Notes under the pieces: generated by a model
The model's input: only the letters and a program-made list of their open reading frames with translations
Databases searched by the model: none
What the model was told of the DNA's origin: nothing
Part shown: piece by piece, positions 36,323-49,109 of the stretch
Numbering within the stretch: position 1 is the first letter of the stretch
Layout of the letters: each line of letters starts with the position of its first letter
Source: Mobula birostris
Taxonomy: Eukaryota
Direction: 5' to 3'
Length of the DNA stretch: 64,000 bases
NCBI RefSeq assembly: GCF_030028105.1
Contig: NC_092373.1
Location: forward strand, 86,615,288 to 86,679,287
Made by a program: the position numbers and the translations under genes

Positions 36323-39300
36323 TCACTGCAGAAACATGGCAATGATCTGCAATGGATGCTGTTTCCGTAAGGTTATGACCTGATGGATTTTCCTGGTTGC
36401 TGGTACAGGTTTTAGTGGTTGAGAAAGGAGTGCATCATATGTCTGCACGTCACCTTCAGTAATATGATAGAGCTGAGTACTGCAAAGGCTTCTCCCAACC
36501 ATCCCATGGAAGATCTTGCCATCCACAATGTCATTCTCCCATAGTACAAGGCTGTCTGCAGTCCTTTTCACAGTTCCCCCAATGCCACCTGGAGTTCCCT
36601 TCCCATGTGAAGTGGCGAGGAAGTTCCAGGTTGTTCTCTGGAAACCCAGTGTTGGAGGGACATTGCAGAAGCAAAAGAAGTTCTTCTTGTTTTTGTACTG
36701 CTTGCTGGGGCCACCTGACCAAAATTGAATGGTATCAACTTTAGGAAATTTTAAATGAATATCTCTGAGGACTGGTTCCATGTGAGTCCAAATGACAGAA
36801 GCATCCTGTCACTTGGATTCTGATATTGTACAAAATCCTGCTTACTATTCTTTTGTGTAGTACGTGCCAGTGTGCAGATTGAGTTGTGGGAGGTTCTGAC
36901 CAAAATGGCATGACTGTACCTCAGAACTATATTTGCATCTCCATGCCTCAGAAAAGTCCACATGAACAATTACAATGCTTTCATTGCAGTTCTGTATCAT
37001 GCTCCTGTATTCCCTGGACTGGTTCTGAACCAAGCGCACATGTGTTGCTGTTTCACTCTTTAGTTTGTCTTCATACAGTTTGATGACCTCTGCCAGTATG
37101 CCATTGTGCTTCACAAGTCTTGTATTGTACTGAATTCCATCTGCTGCTTGGTCCTGAAATCGTTCCCATTGCTGCCACTCAACATCGGTCAGCTCTTGCT
37201 GTGGGGAGGGAAGTGTGCGCTTGTGGAGACACAGGGTGCAGGAGTGCAGAAGATATGCCTCTCTTGTCTGAGAACAACACGCAAGTTCAAAACTATCCTC
37301 CAGTTTGCTAGACTTGACAACACCATATGCTCTTAGGACCTCAAGCATCAGCTTTGCATTTTTATGGTATTGGCATTGGCATGTCTTTTGATCTAATGGT
37401 TTTGGTGCTGTGACATAGAATGGATGCAAAGCACAGAAGGATGAATAATTGAGTTTGGTTCCTTTTTGATGAACTTCCTGTGGAGGTTGAATATTGTGAC
37501 AGTCAGAATCATTCTCGGATGCTTTATTTTCTTCCGTGTTGTCATGTCCTGTTTGACAGTCGTCATTCATGCAGCATTATGGTAAAAATCCTGAACCATC
37601 TGGGTTATTGTTTGAATGTAAGAGATTTTTTTGTCAGTAGGTCTTCTCTTTCGCAGTGTGTTGTATGTTAGCCCCAACTGCTTTGTCTGATGTTTTCGGC
37701 AATATTTCTTTAGAACCCTGCCTTACAGAGTCAAGTTCTTTGATGTTTGAACAGACCTGCGGGGTAACTGTAAATTATTTTTGTCTTTATTAAATTCTTG
37801 AATGAGACAGCTGTGGAAGAGCAGGGTTTTCTTGATGGAAGGGTTTTTGAGTTTGCTTCCCTGTAGCATCTGCTCTGTTTTTTTTTCTTGGTGATTCTTG
37901 TGTTTTTTTATTTCTCGTTTGTTCTCGTCACCAACATTTTTTCAGTTTGTTCCTATCTTTTATTATCTTTTGAAGTTTATTTTTCAAAGCTTTCATCTCT
38001 CTCAAGTATATTGCTCTTGTGTTTTTTCTTTCTTTCCCTTTCCCTTGCTATGGACTGCTTACTGCGAGCTGGCTCCTGTATTGTCTGATCCAATTGTCTA
38101 TCTGGGCGAGTTTCTGGGTGTTCTGGGCCCTTTCTCTTATGCTCTCTTGACTCTTGCTGTCTACGTTTCCACATCTTCATCTTACTCCTCTTTTTCCTTT
38201 AATTCAAATCACTGATAGTTTTTATCTTCCCATCCTCTGCTCCCTTCTTCTATTTTTGCTTTACCTTTCTCAGGTATTCCTCCTTTAACTCTGGCTCACT
38301 ATATATTTTCTCTGACTGCTTTTTTTGGTATTCCCTGTTTCTTCTCCTTCGCTCCTACACTGATAGCTGCTGCCTAGCCATAACTTCCCAAAATACATAA
38401 AAGGAAAGTCAGACTTTAATGGAATTACTCTGAAATTGTGCAAGATTTGCTTGTTACATACACCTGTTAGGGTGCATAAGGTATCTCCAGATGCCTTATA
38501 AGGTAACTGTAGCCTTCAGCCAGGAGCAGATGTCATCAGGTGGTTTCCAACCTTCACAGAGTGTTTCGACCCTTAACCAAGACATTCTTCAGTTGGTGGG
38601 CAGAATTTACTGGAATTACTATGAAATTGTGCAAAATTACTGTGAACTTAATTATGCAAACACGAGGAAATCTACAGATGCTGGAAATTATGGTTAATTT
38701 AGTGAAACTTTATAGAATTATTATGAAATGGTGCAACTAAATTCATTTATGCTTTTTGTCATTGGGGATACATAAAGTAAGGAAATATTGTAGGCCTGTG
38801 TGTGGAAGAAATAAAGGGGAAATTATGTATATTATAAATAAAGAGGTTAATGAGACATTACAAGCCATATTACTATTTATTGTGATCTTAAATTATATTC
38901 AACCCTCCCTCCATTGAGGATGATTTGGATGTTTCTGTCAACATCGTCAAACTATGTGTCACCACTGACAAACAGAAAACCTGAGGGTGTTGACGTCTGC
39001 CAGTGGTGACAAAAACACACTTTTTTCCATGACATGCATGAGTTGTATACAGGAGTCATCTTGTTTTCCCTCTGTTGCTAGCTGCCTCTAGCCTCTACTT
39101 AAAATGCATAAATTTATGTCATAATTTAAAATAATTCTATTCAAAAGAGACAGTGTTGACACATCATGGTTGTGACAGTTGCAACATCAATAAATATGTC
39201 AAAATTATTGAAAAAATAGCAAACTTACAAGAGCTTGTTTGACCTTGTTGCACTTAGCAGATGTGGAGGGTGGAAAAGGGGTCCTCAGGAATATAGTTGA

Positions 39301-39545
39301 CCCTGTGGTTGCCTGATTTTATTGCTTTTTTAATAAATATCTGACATTGTTGACAAAAACTTAGGACGCATTTTAAGCAACCACAAAATAAGAGTAAATA
39401 TTGTTGAAAATTCACTACTTCTAGTTTTGAAGAGGTTTTCACTCTACTCTTTCATCTGGCATATATATTATGATTATACATTTTAATGATATTTTCACTA
39501 ATTTTTCTCAAATTGAAATGATAATCTCTTGTCTGAGGGCAACTG
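36323..39545 (-). mobile_element. Sola2-like DNA transposon; decayed transposase from 38381 to ~36323
   Basis: Basic N-terminus from ATG 38381, then TCQCQYHKN, HVDFSEAW...EVQSCHF, WSGGPSKQYKNKKNF, WNFLATSHGKGTPGGIGGTVKR; AT-rich terminal region to ~39545. Superfamily assignment is from memory of these motifs. Confidence 0.7.
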
Positions 39546-39805
39546 AGACAGTGATCAGAAGCGGAAAGAGTGAGCAATTTCAAGTTCCTGGGTTTTAATA
39601 TCTCTGAGGATCTAACAACGATTCAATAATAGCTTTTAACCCTCTGCCATCAGATTACTGAATAGACATTGAACCACTGAACCCATGAGCACTATCCCAA
39701 TACTTTTTTTGCATGACTTATTTAATTTAACATATACATTCTTACTGTAATTCACAATTTTTATTATTATGTACTGCTGCCACATCACAACAAATTTCAG
39801 TCCAC

Positions 39806-40345
39806 TTGGAGTACTCTGCTCAATTCTGGTCACCTCACCACAGGAAGGACGTGGAAACCATAGAAAGGGTGCAGGGGAGATTTACAAGGATGTTGCCTGG
39901 ATTAGGGAGCATGCCTTATGAGAATAGGTTGAGTGAACTCAGCCTTTTCTCCTTGGAGCAACAGAGGATGAGAGGTGACCTGATAGGGGTGTACAAGATA
40001 ATGGGAGGCACCGATTGCGTGGATAGTCAGAGGCTTTCCCCAGGGCTGAAATGGCTAGCATGAGAGGGCATAGTTTTAAAGTGCTTGGAAGTAGGTACAG
40101 AGATGTCAGGGGTAAGAGTTTTACGCAGAGAGTGGTGAGTGCGTGGAATGGGCTGTCAGCAGTGGTGGTGGAGGCAGAAACAATTGGGTCTTTTAAGAGA
40201 CTCCTGGATGGCTACATGGAGCTTAGAAAAATAGAGGGCTATGGGTAAAGCCTAGGTAGTTCTAAGGTAGGGGCATGTTCAGCACAGCTTTGTGCGCCAA
40301 AGAGCCTGTATTGTGCTGTAGGTTTTCTATGTTTCTATGTTTCTA
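39806..40345 (+). mobile_element. CR1 3' end
   Basis: LEYSAQFWSP, RMRGDLI; (TTCTATGT)n tail. Confidence 0.88.
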
Positions 40346-41269
40346 TATGCTGTTGATATTAATCCTGATTCTGATTCCCATTGATACAGCCTTCAGTCAT
40401 TCTTTTGTACACAATCCAGAGAGCCTGTAGGACAAGTAGCTCAAGTATATGAATCACATTCAAGTGATGTGCAAAACTGCCTGATAAATGTAAAAGAAAA
40501 TCATTTTGAACAAAGAACGGGAAAATATGGCTGGTGATATGGGAATGCCTGATATACTGTTGAAAGTATCCTGACTGATGCATCAAGTCCTGGCATGGCA
40601 ATTCCAATATGCTGGGACAAAGAGGCTGCAGAGAGTCGTGCATACAATCCATCTATTACGAGCACTGCTCTCCCCACCACTGACAGCATCTGATCCACAC
40701 ATTGCATTTCCTCCCCCTTTAGATGAATGCAGCATAAAATATATATGTACAAAACATTCAATTTCCCTTTTGTACACCACATTCCAAATAAACATACTTT
40801 CACTAACTGGCTGAGCTGTTTATTCTGCACTTCCCTCCATAGATCTGGTTTGAGGAGATCAATGCGAGATCTCAGATTCCTTCTCATGAACAGCATTACA
40901 GGTGTTTGATTTGTCGTCGCATGAACAGAGTTCTGATACACTCAAAGGAAGTCGTCCACCATGTGCTGTCGAGAAATCGCCTCCTTGACCATAACTTTAA
41001 AGAACCTCTTGAATGTTTGGATAAACCCTTCAGCTAACCCATTTGTTGTTGGGTGGTGAGGAGCTGACTTGAATGTCTGATGCCATTTTTCTTCAAGTCT
41101 GAATACTTCTGATATATATTGTGGTCTGTTGTCACTCACAGTTTGTTCTGTGAGCCATTTCTGGCAAAGGTAGTCCTCAGGGTGGAGAGACTTTGCTGAG
41201 GTAGTTGACTTCATTATTATAATCTGCAGCCACTTCAAATGAAAGCAATCAGAAACATGGAGTCCATGA

Positions 41270-41875
41270 GTCAGTCATCCCTGTCCCATCTGCAGCTGGT
41301 CCAGAATGCCGCAGCCAGGCTCCTGACAGGTGCCCGGAAGAGGGACCATATTACTCCTATCCTGGCCTCCCTCCACTGGCTGCCAGTAAGGTTCAGAATT
41401 GATTTTAAGATTCTCCTGTTTATAAAGCCCAAAATTGTCTGCCCCCCACCCGATTTGTATCCCAGACCTTCTAACCCGTTATTCTACTTCCAGGTCCCTC
41501 AGGTTGGCTGACTTGGGGCTCCTGGCTGTCCCGCAATCTAAACTTAAGCTCAAGGGTGAGCACGTCTTTGCTATTGTAGACCCTAGACTGTGGAACAGCA
41601 TTCCCCTCCCTATCAGATCAGCCCCCTCCATCGACTCCTTTAAATCCAGGCTCAAAACTTACTTTTATTCACTAGCGTTTGAATCCTCCTGATGTGGCTG
41701 TTTTTTTGGCTTGTGCCTAGGCCCTTGTGTTGTTTCTTTTGTGCCTATAAGCTGTTTGCCTTGTTTATTATATCTGTGTTTCTTGTATTTGTGACTACTC
41801 TGATCTGTACAGCACTTTGGTCAATGTGAGTTGTTTTTAAATGTGCTATATAAAAATAAATTTCACTTGACATGA
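41270..41875 (+). mobile_element. L2 LINE 3' end
   Basis: LQLVQNAAARLLTG..KRDHITPILASLHWLPV and PRLWNSIP..IR...FKSRLKT motifs; 3' UTR with AATAAA. Confidence 0.9.
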
Positions 41876-43859
41876 ATGACCCAGCAAAATCAATATGTAC
41901 TCTTTGCCATGGTGAAGATGGCCACTCCCACAGGAGTAATGGCACCTGTAGAGATGCATTTTGAACGTTTTGGCATCCCGAACAGCTTTTGGCCAGGTCT
42001 TCAATCTGTTTATCTACTCCTGGCCACCACACATAGCTCCAGGCAAGACTTTTCATCTTGAATGTACCCAGGAGTCCTCCATGCAGATTCACTAACACTC
42101 TGCTGTCCAGTTTAGAGGGTGCCACAACACGAGATCCCCACATCAGCACTCTTTGATATATCGATAGTTGGTCTCATCTTGCTGAGAACTCTGGAAACAT
42201 AGGGTTACCATGAGCTGGCCATCCTTTCATTGTGATTTCATAGACTTTTGACAATGTTGGGTCATTCCTTGTTCTTGTGCATAGAAGTAGTGATGGAACT
42301 TTGTTATTCCCCATACTTGACTAAGGGCTTCTCGGTCAATCTGAGCATAGTTGCATTCTGCGCTCAACAGTGATCTTGAATATGTGACAAAACAGCTCTA
42401 ATGCCATAAGGAGACTCATCACATACCAGTTTGATGGGCAAGGATGGGTCATAATGTGTTAGCAATGCATCTAATGTTATTAGTCTCTTTGCTTCCTTGA
42501 GTGCTCGTTCACATCTTTCTGACCATTCCCACTTTGCTCCTGTCTGCAACAGAGCATTCACTGGATGCAGCAATGCAGCAATGTTTGGGAGAAACCAGTG
42601 GTAGTAGTTTACATGACCTGAGTTCTGACACATTTTCTGGTTTGGGTGCCTGCAGCTCTGCTTCAGTCTTCTCCAGTGACATATGTAAGCCATGCTTGTC
42701 AATGATATGTCCACAATATGAGATTTCATTCTTAAAAAACTCACATTTCTCTCTCTCTCTCTCTGCACAAACCATACTCACTTAGCCTTGTAAGGACTTT
42801 ACCAGAGTTCTGGAGGAGCTCTTCATCATTTTTGCCAGTCACGATGATGTCATCAGGGTAACATTGTGTTCCTGGGATATCTTGGAGCGCCTGGTCCATT
42901 GATCTTTGCCAAATTGCTGGAGCTGATACAACACCAAAGATGAGATGATGAGGCTGGAACAATCCTTTGTGAGTGTTGATTGTGAGGAACTTCCTGCTCG
43001 ACTCCTCAATCTCCATTTGCAGACAGGCTTATGACAAGTCAATCTTTGAAAACCTCTCCCTGCCTGCCAAAGATGCAAAAATGTCCTCTATTCATGGAAG
43101 GGGATACTGCACAGTATGCAACAACGGGTTGATAGTCACCTTGAAATCCCCACATATGCAAATAGCTCTGGCCTGCCCTTTCTTGATCACCAGGACAATG
43201 TGTGTGACCCAATTGCTCCAGTCAACCTTGGAAAGAATTCCCAATGCCTCCAAGCTCTGCAGTTCAGCATCCACTTTAGGGCGTAGCGCATAAGGCACTG
43301 GACACACTTTGTGAAATCTTGCTGTGCTGCTTCACTCAGTTCAATTATGGTCTTCATGACTTTGAGTTTACCAATCCCTTTCTCAAACACCTTCTCAATA
43401 GCATTAAGCAGCTGTGCCAGACTCTGGTTAGTGCTACCATTTGGACTGCCGTTGCCTGTTGATGCCACACTGAGGGCTTTGATTGAGCACTAGTCTAGTT
43501 GGATTTTTCTCAACTATTCACGTCCGAAAAGTGCCAGCCCTCCACTTTTCAACACATTAAGCTGTAACTGCTGTGGTTGGCCTCCATATATCACATTTAC
43601 TTCTTTTTTGCCTGTGTAGGTCTTTGGCATCATTGAGGTCTTCTCTACTTGTATTTTAGGAAACAGTCTGTTGTAGTCAGCCTCTGGTATTATGGACAAA
43701 GTTGGCCCTGTATCCAGCTCCATTTTTAATTTTAAACTGGACACATCCATTGTGATCCAGATGATCTTGAGATATGCTTCAGTTATACTATGCAGTTCTA
43801 GGCATGACAGTTTACCTTTGTTAGACTCTATGTTGTCTGATTCTGTTTTACATTCAGTA

Positions 43860-44427
43860 ATTATGATTATGATTATGAAGACATGTAGTCCTCTTTTATT
43901 GTCATTTAGTAATGCATGCATTAAGAAATGATACATTATTCCTCCGGTGTGATATCACAAAACACAGGACAAACCAAGACTGAAAAAACTGACAAAACCA
44001 CATAATTATAACATATAGTTACAACAGTTCACAATACCATAACATGATGAAAATGTCCGTGAGCACAGTAAAGTTCCAAGTTTCTCAAATGTCCCACATC
44101 TCACGCAGACGGGAGAAGGAAGAAAAACTCTTCCTGCCATGCCGACCGCAATCCGACTCTGAGTCACCTGAAAACTTCGAGCTCTGATCAGCTCTCTGAC
44201 ACCGAGTACTGAGCTCTATCCGAGTGATTCGACCTCCTTCTCGGTCGCCAAAAGCAGGCAAGGCCGGGGATTTTGAGGCCTACCCTCCGAAAGATTCATG
44301 ACCACACTGTCATGATAGCAGCCAACGGGCGTTCCAGAAATTTCTCCATATGTTCCTCTGTGCTTTCACGTTCATTCTCCATCAAATCAGAATTGCCCAC
44401 AACCCCTATTTAACAGATACGATATAA
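43860..44427 (-). mobile_element. Second copy of the non-coding retroposon at 16707-17325
   Basis: Reverse-complement colinearity; (ATAATC)n tail; TAATT at both junctions. Confidence 0.78.
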
Positions 44428-45254
44428 TTTGCTTAGTTTTGTGTTTGAGACTTGTCACTCAGTTGAGCTTTTTGTCTGCCTTGCACACTCTCTCAATGTG
44501 ACCTTGTCTGAAACACTTCCTGCAGACTTTTTCTTTGAACCAACAATTATTTGTACCATGCGATGATTTGCCTCATCGATAACATCTTTGGCTCTTTGCA
44601 GTGTTCAGGAACATTTTATGCATTTCACATTCGAAATTCCTTTTCTGTAGTTCTGCTGCATCCTTTGCTGCAATTTCTAATGATATTGCAATGGCCAATG
44701 CCGATTCTAAGGTTACATCCTTTTCGGATAATAGTCTCTTTTGAGTGCTTTGACAATGCATGCCACACACAATTCTGTCCCTTAATGCATCAGAAAGTCT
44801 AGCTCTAAAGTCACAGTACTTGGAAAGTTTGCACAGTTCTGCAATCTAATCAGAAAGGCTTTCACCTTTTGACTGATTTCCTTTGTAAAAATCTAAATCT
44901 GTCAGCTGTTGCCAGCGGTTTAGGTCTCAAGTAATTTTGTAAAATTGTAAACCAATTTCATTGAACGTCTTGCTTGATGACTTTTCAGGGGTTACTAAGT
45001 TGTGTAAGAGACTGTACGGTCTTGGGCCCATTAAGCTAAGAAGCATAGGAGCTTTCTTTCACTCTTCCACATTGTTCACATTACTATATAGTTCAGCCCT
45101 CTCGATATACAACTCCCAGTCTTCATTAGTGCTATCAAATTCATCCACATTCCAGACCAAAGCTATCGCCACATTATTTTCACTTTAAATTCTGTGCATC
45201 TTTCACTGTATACTATGCACTGTACTCATGCATTTGTTAGCGTCCGTGGCAGTC

Positions 45255-46520
45255 TGAGGTGAATTATATAAGAGGAGTTGGGAGTGCCCTTATGCCAGTA
45301 CATTTACATAGAGTAAATTTAAGGTCAGGATTAGTGACAGGGGTTGTTAAAAGTAGGACTACAAACTAATTTACCTGTGAATGATGTTTCTCTTTTGTTA
45401 GGGAATGACTTAGCAGATGGACAAGTTTTTCCTGAAGTGCATTTGACAATAAATCCTAATTCTGAGGAACCACAGAGGGATTCTAACACAGATTCTTCCT
45501 GTGTCGTAACAAGAGCTATGGATAAAAAGACTGATGTACAAGATAAGGTTGTAACCCATGCCTGTTCAAATCAAGATTCAAATTTTGAGGATGTATTAGA
45601 AACTTTCTTACCTATATTATTTGATCAGAATTTTGGTGGTAATTCTGACCAGGAAGATTTGTCTTTATCTTGGAAGGAGATGATAGCAGAGCAAGGTAGA
45701 GATCCTGAGATAGGTAAATTAAAAGAAGAAGCTCTTCCAGATTATGAAATTGAAACAGTACCAGTAGGATATTATTTAGAAAAGGGAGTATTAATGAAAA
45801 AGTGGAGATCGCCTACAATTCCTGCTAGTGAGGAATGGGAATTTAATCATCAGGTAGTAGTTCCTAAAATTTATCGAAATCAGATTTTAATTATGGCTCA
45901 TAGTATTCCTTTGGGTGATCATTTAGGTGTAAAGAAAGCTATGAACAAGGTTTCTAAATATCTTTATTGGCTGAGTTTAAGAAAAGATGTGGCGATATTT
46001 TGTAGAACGTGTCATACGTGTCAAATTATGGGTAAACCTAATCAGGTTACTCCAGTGGCCTCACTGCAACCAATTCCAGCATTTGGTGAGCCGTTCTCAA
46101 AAATCATTGTAGACTGTGTAGGTCCTTTGCCAAAAACTAAAACTGGACATCAATATTTATTAACTATTATGTGCACAGTGTCTAGGTTTCCAGAGGCAGT
46201 ACCTCTTTGAAATATAACAGCCAAAACTGTGACAGAGGCTCTTATAAAATGTTTTACTTATTTTTGGTTGCCGAAGGAAATACAATTGGTTCAAGGTAGT
46301 AATTTTATGTCTGGGTTGTTTCAGCAGATAGTTTATAAACTGGGAGCAAAACAGATTATTTCATCAGCCTATCATCCAGAATCACAAGGAGCCTTGGAGA
46401 GATTTCATTCTACATTAAAAACTATGATTAGGACATATTGTGTGGAAAATGAAAAGGGCTGGGATGAAGGTATACATTTACTACTTTTTGAAGTAAGGGA
46501 GGCAGTACAGGAACCATTAG
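45255..46520 (+). mobile_element. Gmr1-like Gypsy fragment (protease end followed directly by integrase)
   Basis: ORF 45344..46210 has LLLGNDLA, then HHCC zinc finger (AH..PLGDHLG...CRTCHTCQ) and core IIVDCVGPLP. YHPESQGALERFH follows; no RT in between. Confidence 0.82.
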
Positions 46521-46984
46521 GTTTAGAGATGCTGCCTGGCCTGCTGTGTTCACCAGCAACTTTTGCGTGTGTTGCTTGAAATTCCAGCATCTGCAGATTT
46601 CCTCGTGCTTACCACATACACTGATTTTGCGTCCTCATGCTCTTGTTATCCCCAATGGTAATAATGAGGAAAAGGAAGCATGTCCCAGATGGTGAAGGTC
46701 CTTCGTACTAAAATGGATTTACAACTGGCTGTGTGTTAGGAAGCAAGGGGTAGAAGTAGAGGGTTGCTTCTCTGATTAGATGTGTGTGAAAAGGATCAAT
46801 TCTGGGACTTCTGCTGATTAACAGCAATGACTTTGATGTAAGTATCGGATCAACAGTATGATACATAAGACTGGAGTGGTCAGGGATATCAGTGATACTG
46901 AGGAGAGTTGTCTGAGGCTACATACAACTTTTGTGTGTGTTGCTTGAAATCCCAGCATCTGCAGATTTCCTTGTGTTTGTGTAA

Positions 46985-47835
46985 GTAAATGCAGTGCTTG
47001 AAAATGAACTTGAGGAGTTTTATATAGATGTGCTTTGTGAAAACAAACAAAGTAAGAATGACTGGACTATTCCATTGCAATTTAACCAAAACAATATTCC
47101 GTTTAAACTTGATACTGGAGCACAAGTAAATGTTCTTGCAGAATCTGAGTTTAATGCATTATAGCCAAGACCAAAGTTACATAAGACAATTTGTGGTGGT
47201 GCCAAAGAATGTACAGTCAATACTGGGTCTATCTGCCTGTGAGAGACTGAATTTGGTGAAAATAGTATTATTCCTGGACAGTGACACAGAGTCAGAATAC
47301 AGTGATAGAACGGAACGGCTAGAAGTCATAAAGAAAGCTCCCAGATCCATCCCTTTGTTACCAGCATCTGACAAAGCATTGCCACCAAAACCAGGAGTTG
47401 CAATTTTGCCCTCTGGAAGTAACGCACATGCATTCCATGCATTACATCACAATCTCACCTCTGCAGGAGGACAGAGGCCAAACTTGCCGGTAGAGTACAA
47501 TACTGATCTGAAGCCAAGGAGTGACGAGAATCAGGATCCATTTGAAGAAGTGAAAGCACAAGTGAAGGAATTGAGAAGTTTTATTGAAATGATGAAGTCT
47601 CAGCATAAAAAAGAGATTACACAGTTAATGAATGAATTAGATGAAGAAAAGAAGATTCCTATTTCATTACAAATGGAAGTGAAGTTCTGAGCATGCGCAG
47701 AAATGATACAATGATCTGGAACATGGCTTGGAAAAACATGGTTTGATTTTGTTGCTGTAATTAAATGTTCTAATTCTTCCAGAATATGATTCTTTATTGT
47801 TAACCCACGGTACGTATACATTTAAGAACACAACA
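46985..47835 (+). mobile_element. Gypsy remnant (protease, captured host mRNA, LTR-like 3' end)
   Basis: IPFKLDTGAQVNVL and QSILGLSACERLNLVKIV, homologous to bases 3-80. After the insert: ATTAAA and an end TTTAAGAACACAACA (47835) resembling the LTR end at 1168. Confidence 0.72.
47307..47683 (+). pseudogene. SH3KBP1: Processed fragment of the SH3KBP1/CIN85 C-terminus (Pro-rich linker and coiled coil)
   Basis: SDKALPPKPG...[46 protein letters not shown] against remembered human SDNKASLPPKPG...[46 protein letters not shown]; open and contiguous. Confidence 0.88.
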
Positions 47836-47904
47836 GTAGAGAAACTTCTCTTTCTCAAATCCTAAACTTAAGGCCCATCTCACACATCAGACATGGAGTG
47901 TGGT

Positions 47905-48038
47905 NNNNNNNNNNNNNNNNNNNNNNNNNNNNNNNNNNNNNNNNNNNNNNNNNNNNNNNNNNNNNNNNNNNNNNNNNNNNNNNNNNNNNNNNNNNNNNNN
48001 NNNNNNNNNNNNNNNNNNNNNNNNNNNNNNNNNNNNNN
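47905..48038. other. Assembly gap
   Basis: Run of 134 N. Confidence 0.99.
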
Positions 48039-48179
48039 GAAAAGTCTATCCTTCAGTTACTTGTTCTTCACACCGGAAGACCAGTCTATGTGGATTGTAA
48101 ATAACAACACCACCTCGCTGATAATCAACACTGGTGCACCTCAAAGATGTATGCTTCATACTTTCTCTACATCCATAGC

Positions 48180-48390
48180 ATGAAAAGTTTGTTAGGATAT
48201 CATTTCCATTGGAATGTATATAATTGTGCATTTGACTTTCTGAACAGCATTAGATGTTTTGATATTATTTGAGTCTTTTTCAGGGGGTGGGGTTTGTTCA
48301 GTAGGTATACTGCCTGTCTCTTTATTCCACACTCCAATTCAGTAGGCGATGGTAAAGCACCTGATGGTGGTCTGTCAGTAGCCATTAGAG
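48180..48390 (+). mobile_element. Nimb/I-type LINE 3' UTR fragment
   Basis: CCACACTCCA..CAGTAGGCGATGGTAAAGCACC matches the 3' UTR of the element at 58604-59916. Confidence 0.6.
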
Positions 48391-49109
48391 CTCACAGACA
48401 TGAAGCCCGGAGCAGTTGGAGCAGACCCACACACTGCTCAATGCAGCGGAAAGTGGAGCAAACGTCGTAGAGCAGTGAGCAGAACCAGCCCATCCTTTGC
48501 CTCCAACACCCCGCCTCTTCAATCTAGCTGGCCCAGCATCCAAGCGCCGAGGTGTTCCCTGAAATAGGACATGGGCCCTGTCGCTTCAATACGCTCTGGG
48601 CCTGGACCCCGCCACGACATTTCAGCCTGTATCCGACCTTTTCAAATCACCCGAGCGCTTTGTTCAATCAGATCTCACTCTCGATTTAGATAAGTGGACT
48701 CTAAATTGCCTCTGTTCCGACTTTTCTATGCTTCACACACCCAGACTCTATCTCAACCTTGCTCCAACCACTTCTCTTCAAACATGCCTGACCTCACTCC
48801 GATTTTGTTTCACATTCCCACCCTCGAGTCAGCCTTGCCTTCGCTTGCCTCCTCATTGTTTGCAGAGATTATTTACCACAATTTTCCACATTAAAAGTAT
48901 TAATAGTAAAGTATTTAGTTGTATTTCTTGCCTAATGAAATGCCAATAAGCTGTTGCCCACGTTCAGCGGCATGATCTTAAACAGGAAGCAAAAAACATC
49001 CAGTGAGCAGCAATTCTGTGGGTGAACTTGTATTGTTAATGAGAGAGGTCAGAGGAGAATTGCCAGACTGGTTCAAGCTGACAGAAAGGTGACAGTAACT
49101 CAACTAACC

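Larger units (their letters stand above)
40700..45240 (-). mobile_element. Decayed K02A2.6-type Gypsy internal region (gag-PR-RT-RH-IN) with L2 and SINE-like insertions
   Basis: Gag DEFDSTNEDWELYIER; ELDTG; [10 protein letters not shown]; YPDDIIVTG; CDESPYGI; YVWWPG..C.GC; WQRVHIDFAG; SDNRPQY; NGLAE; PPT AAAGGGGGAGGAAA near 40706-40720. Confidence 0.88.

Noticed and set aside
47307-47683. SH3KBP1 segment as a genuine exon of a resident gene
   Set aside because: No polypyrimidine acceptor; it is flanked by Gypsy-derived sequence, ends before the expected stop, and no other SH3KBP1 exons were recognised in the window.
47893-48183. ORFs containing runs of X
   Set aside because: Artefacts of the N gap.
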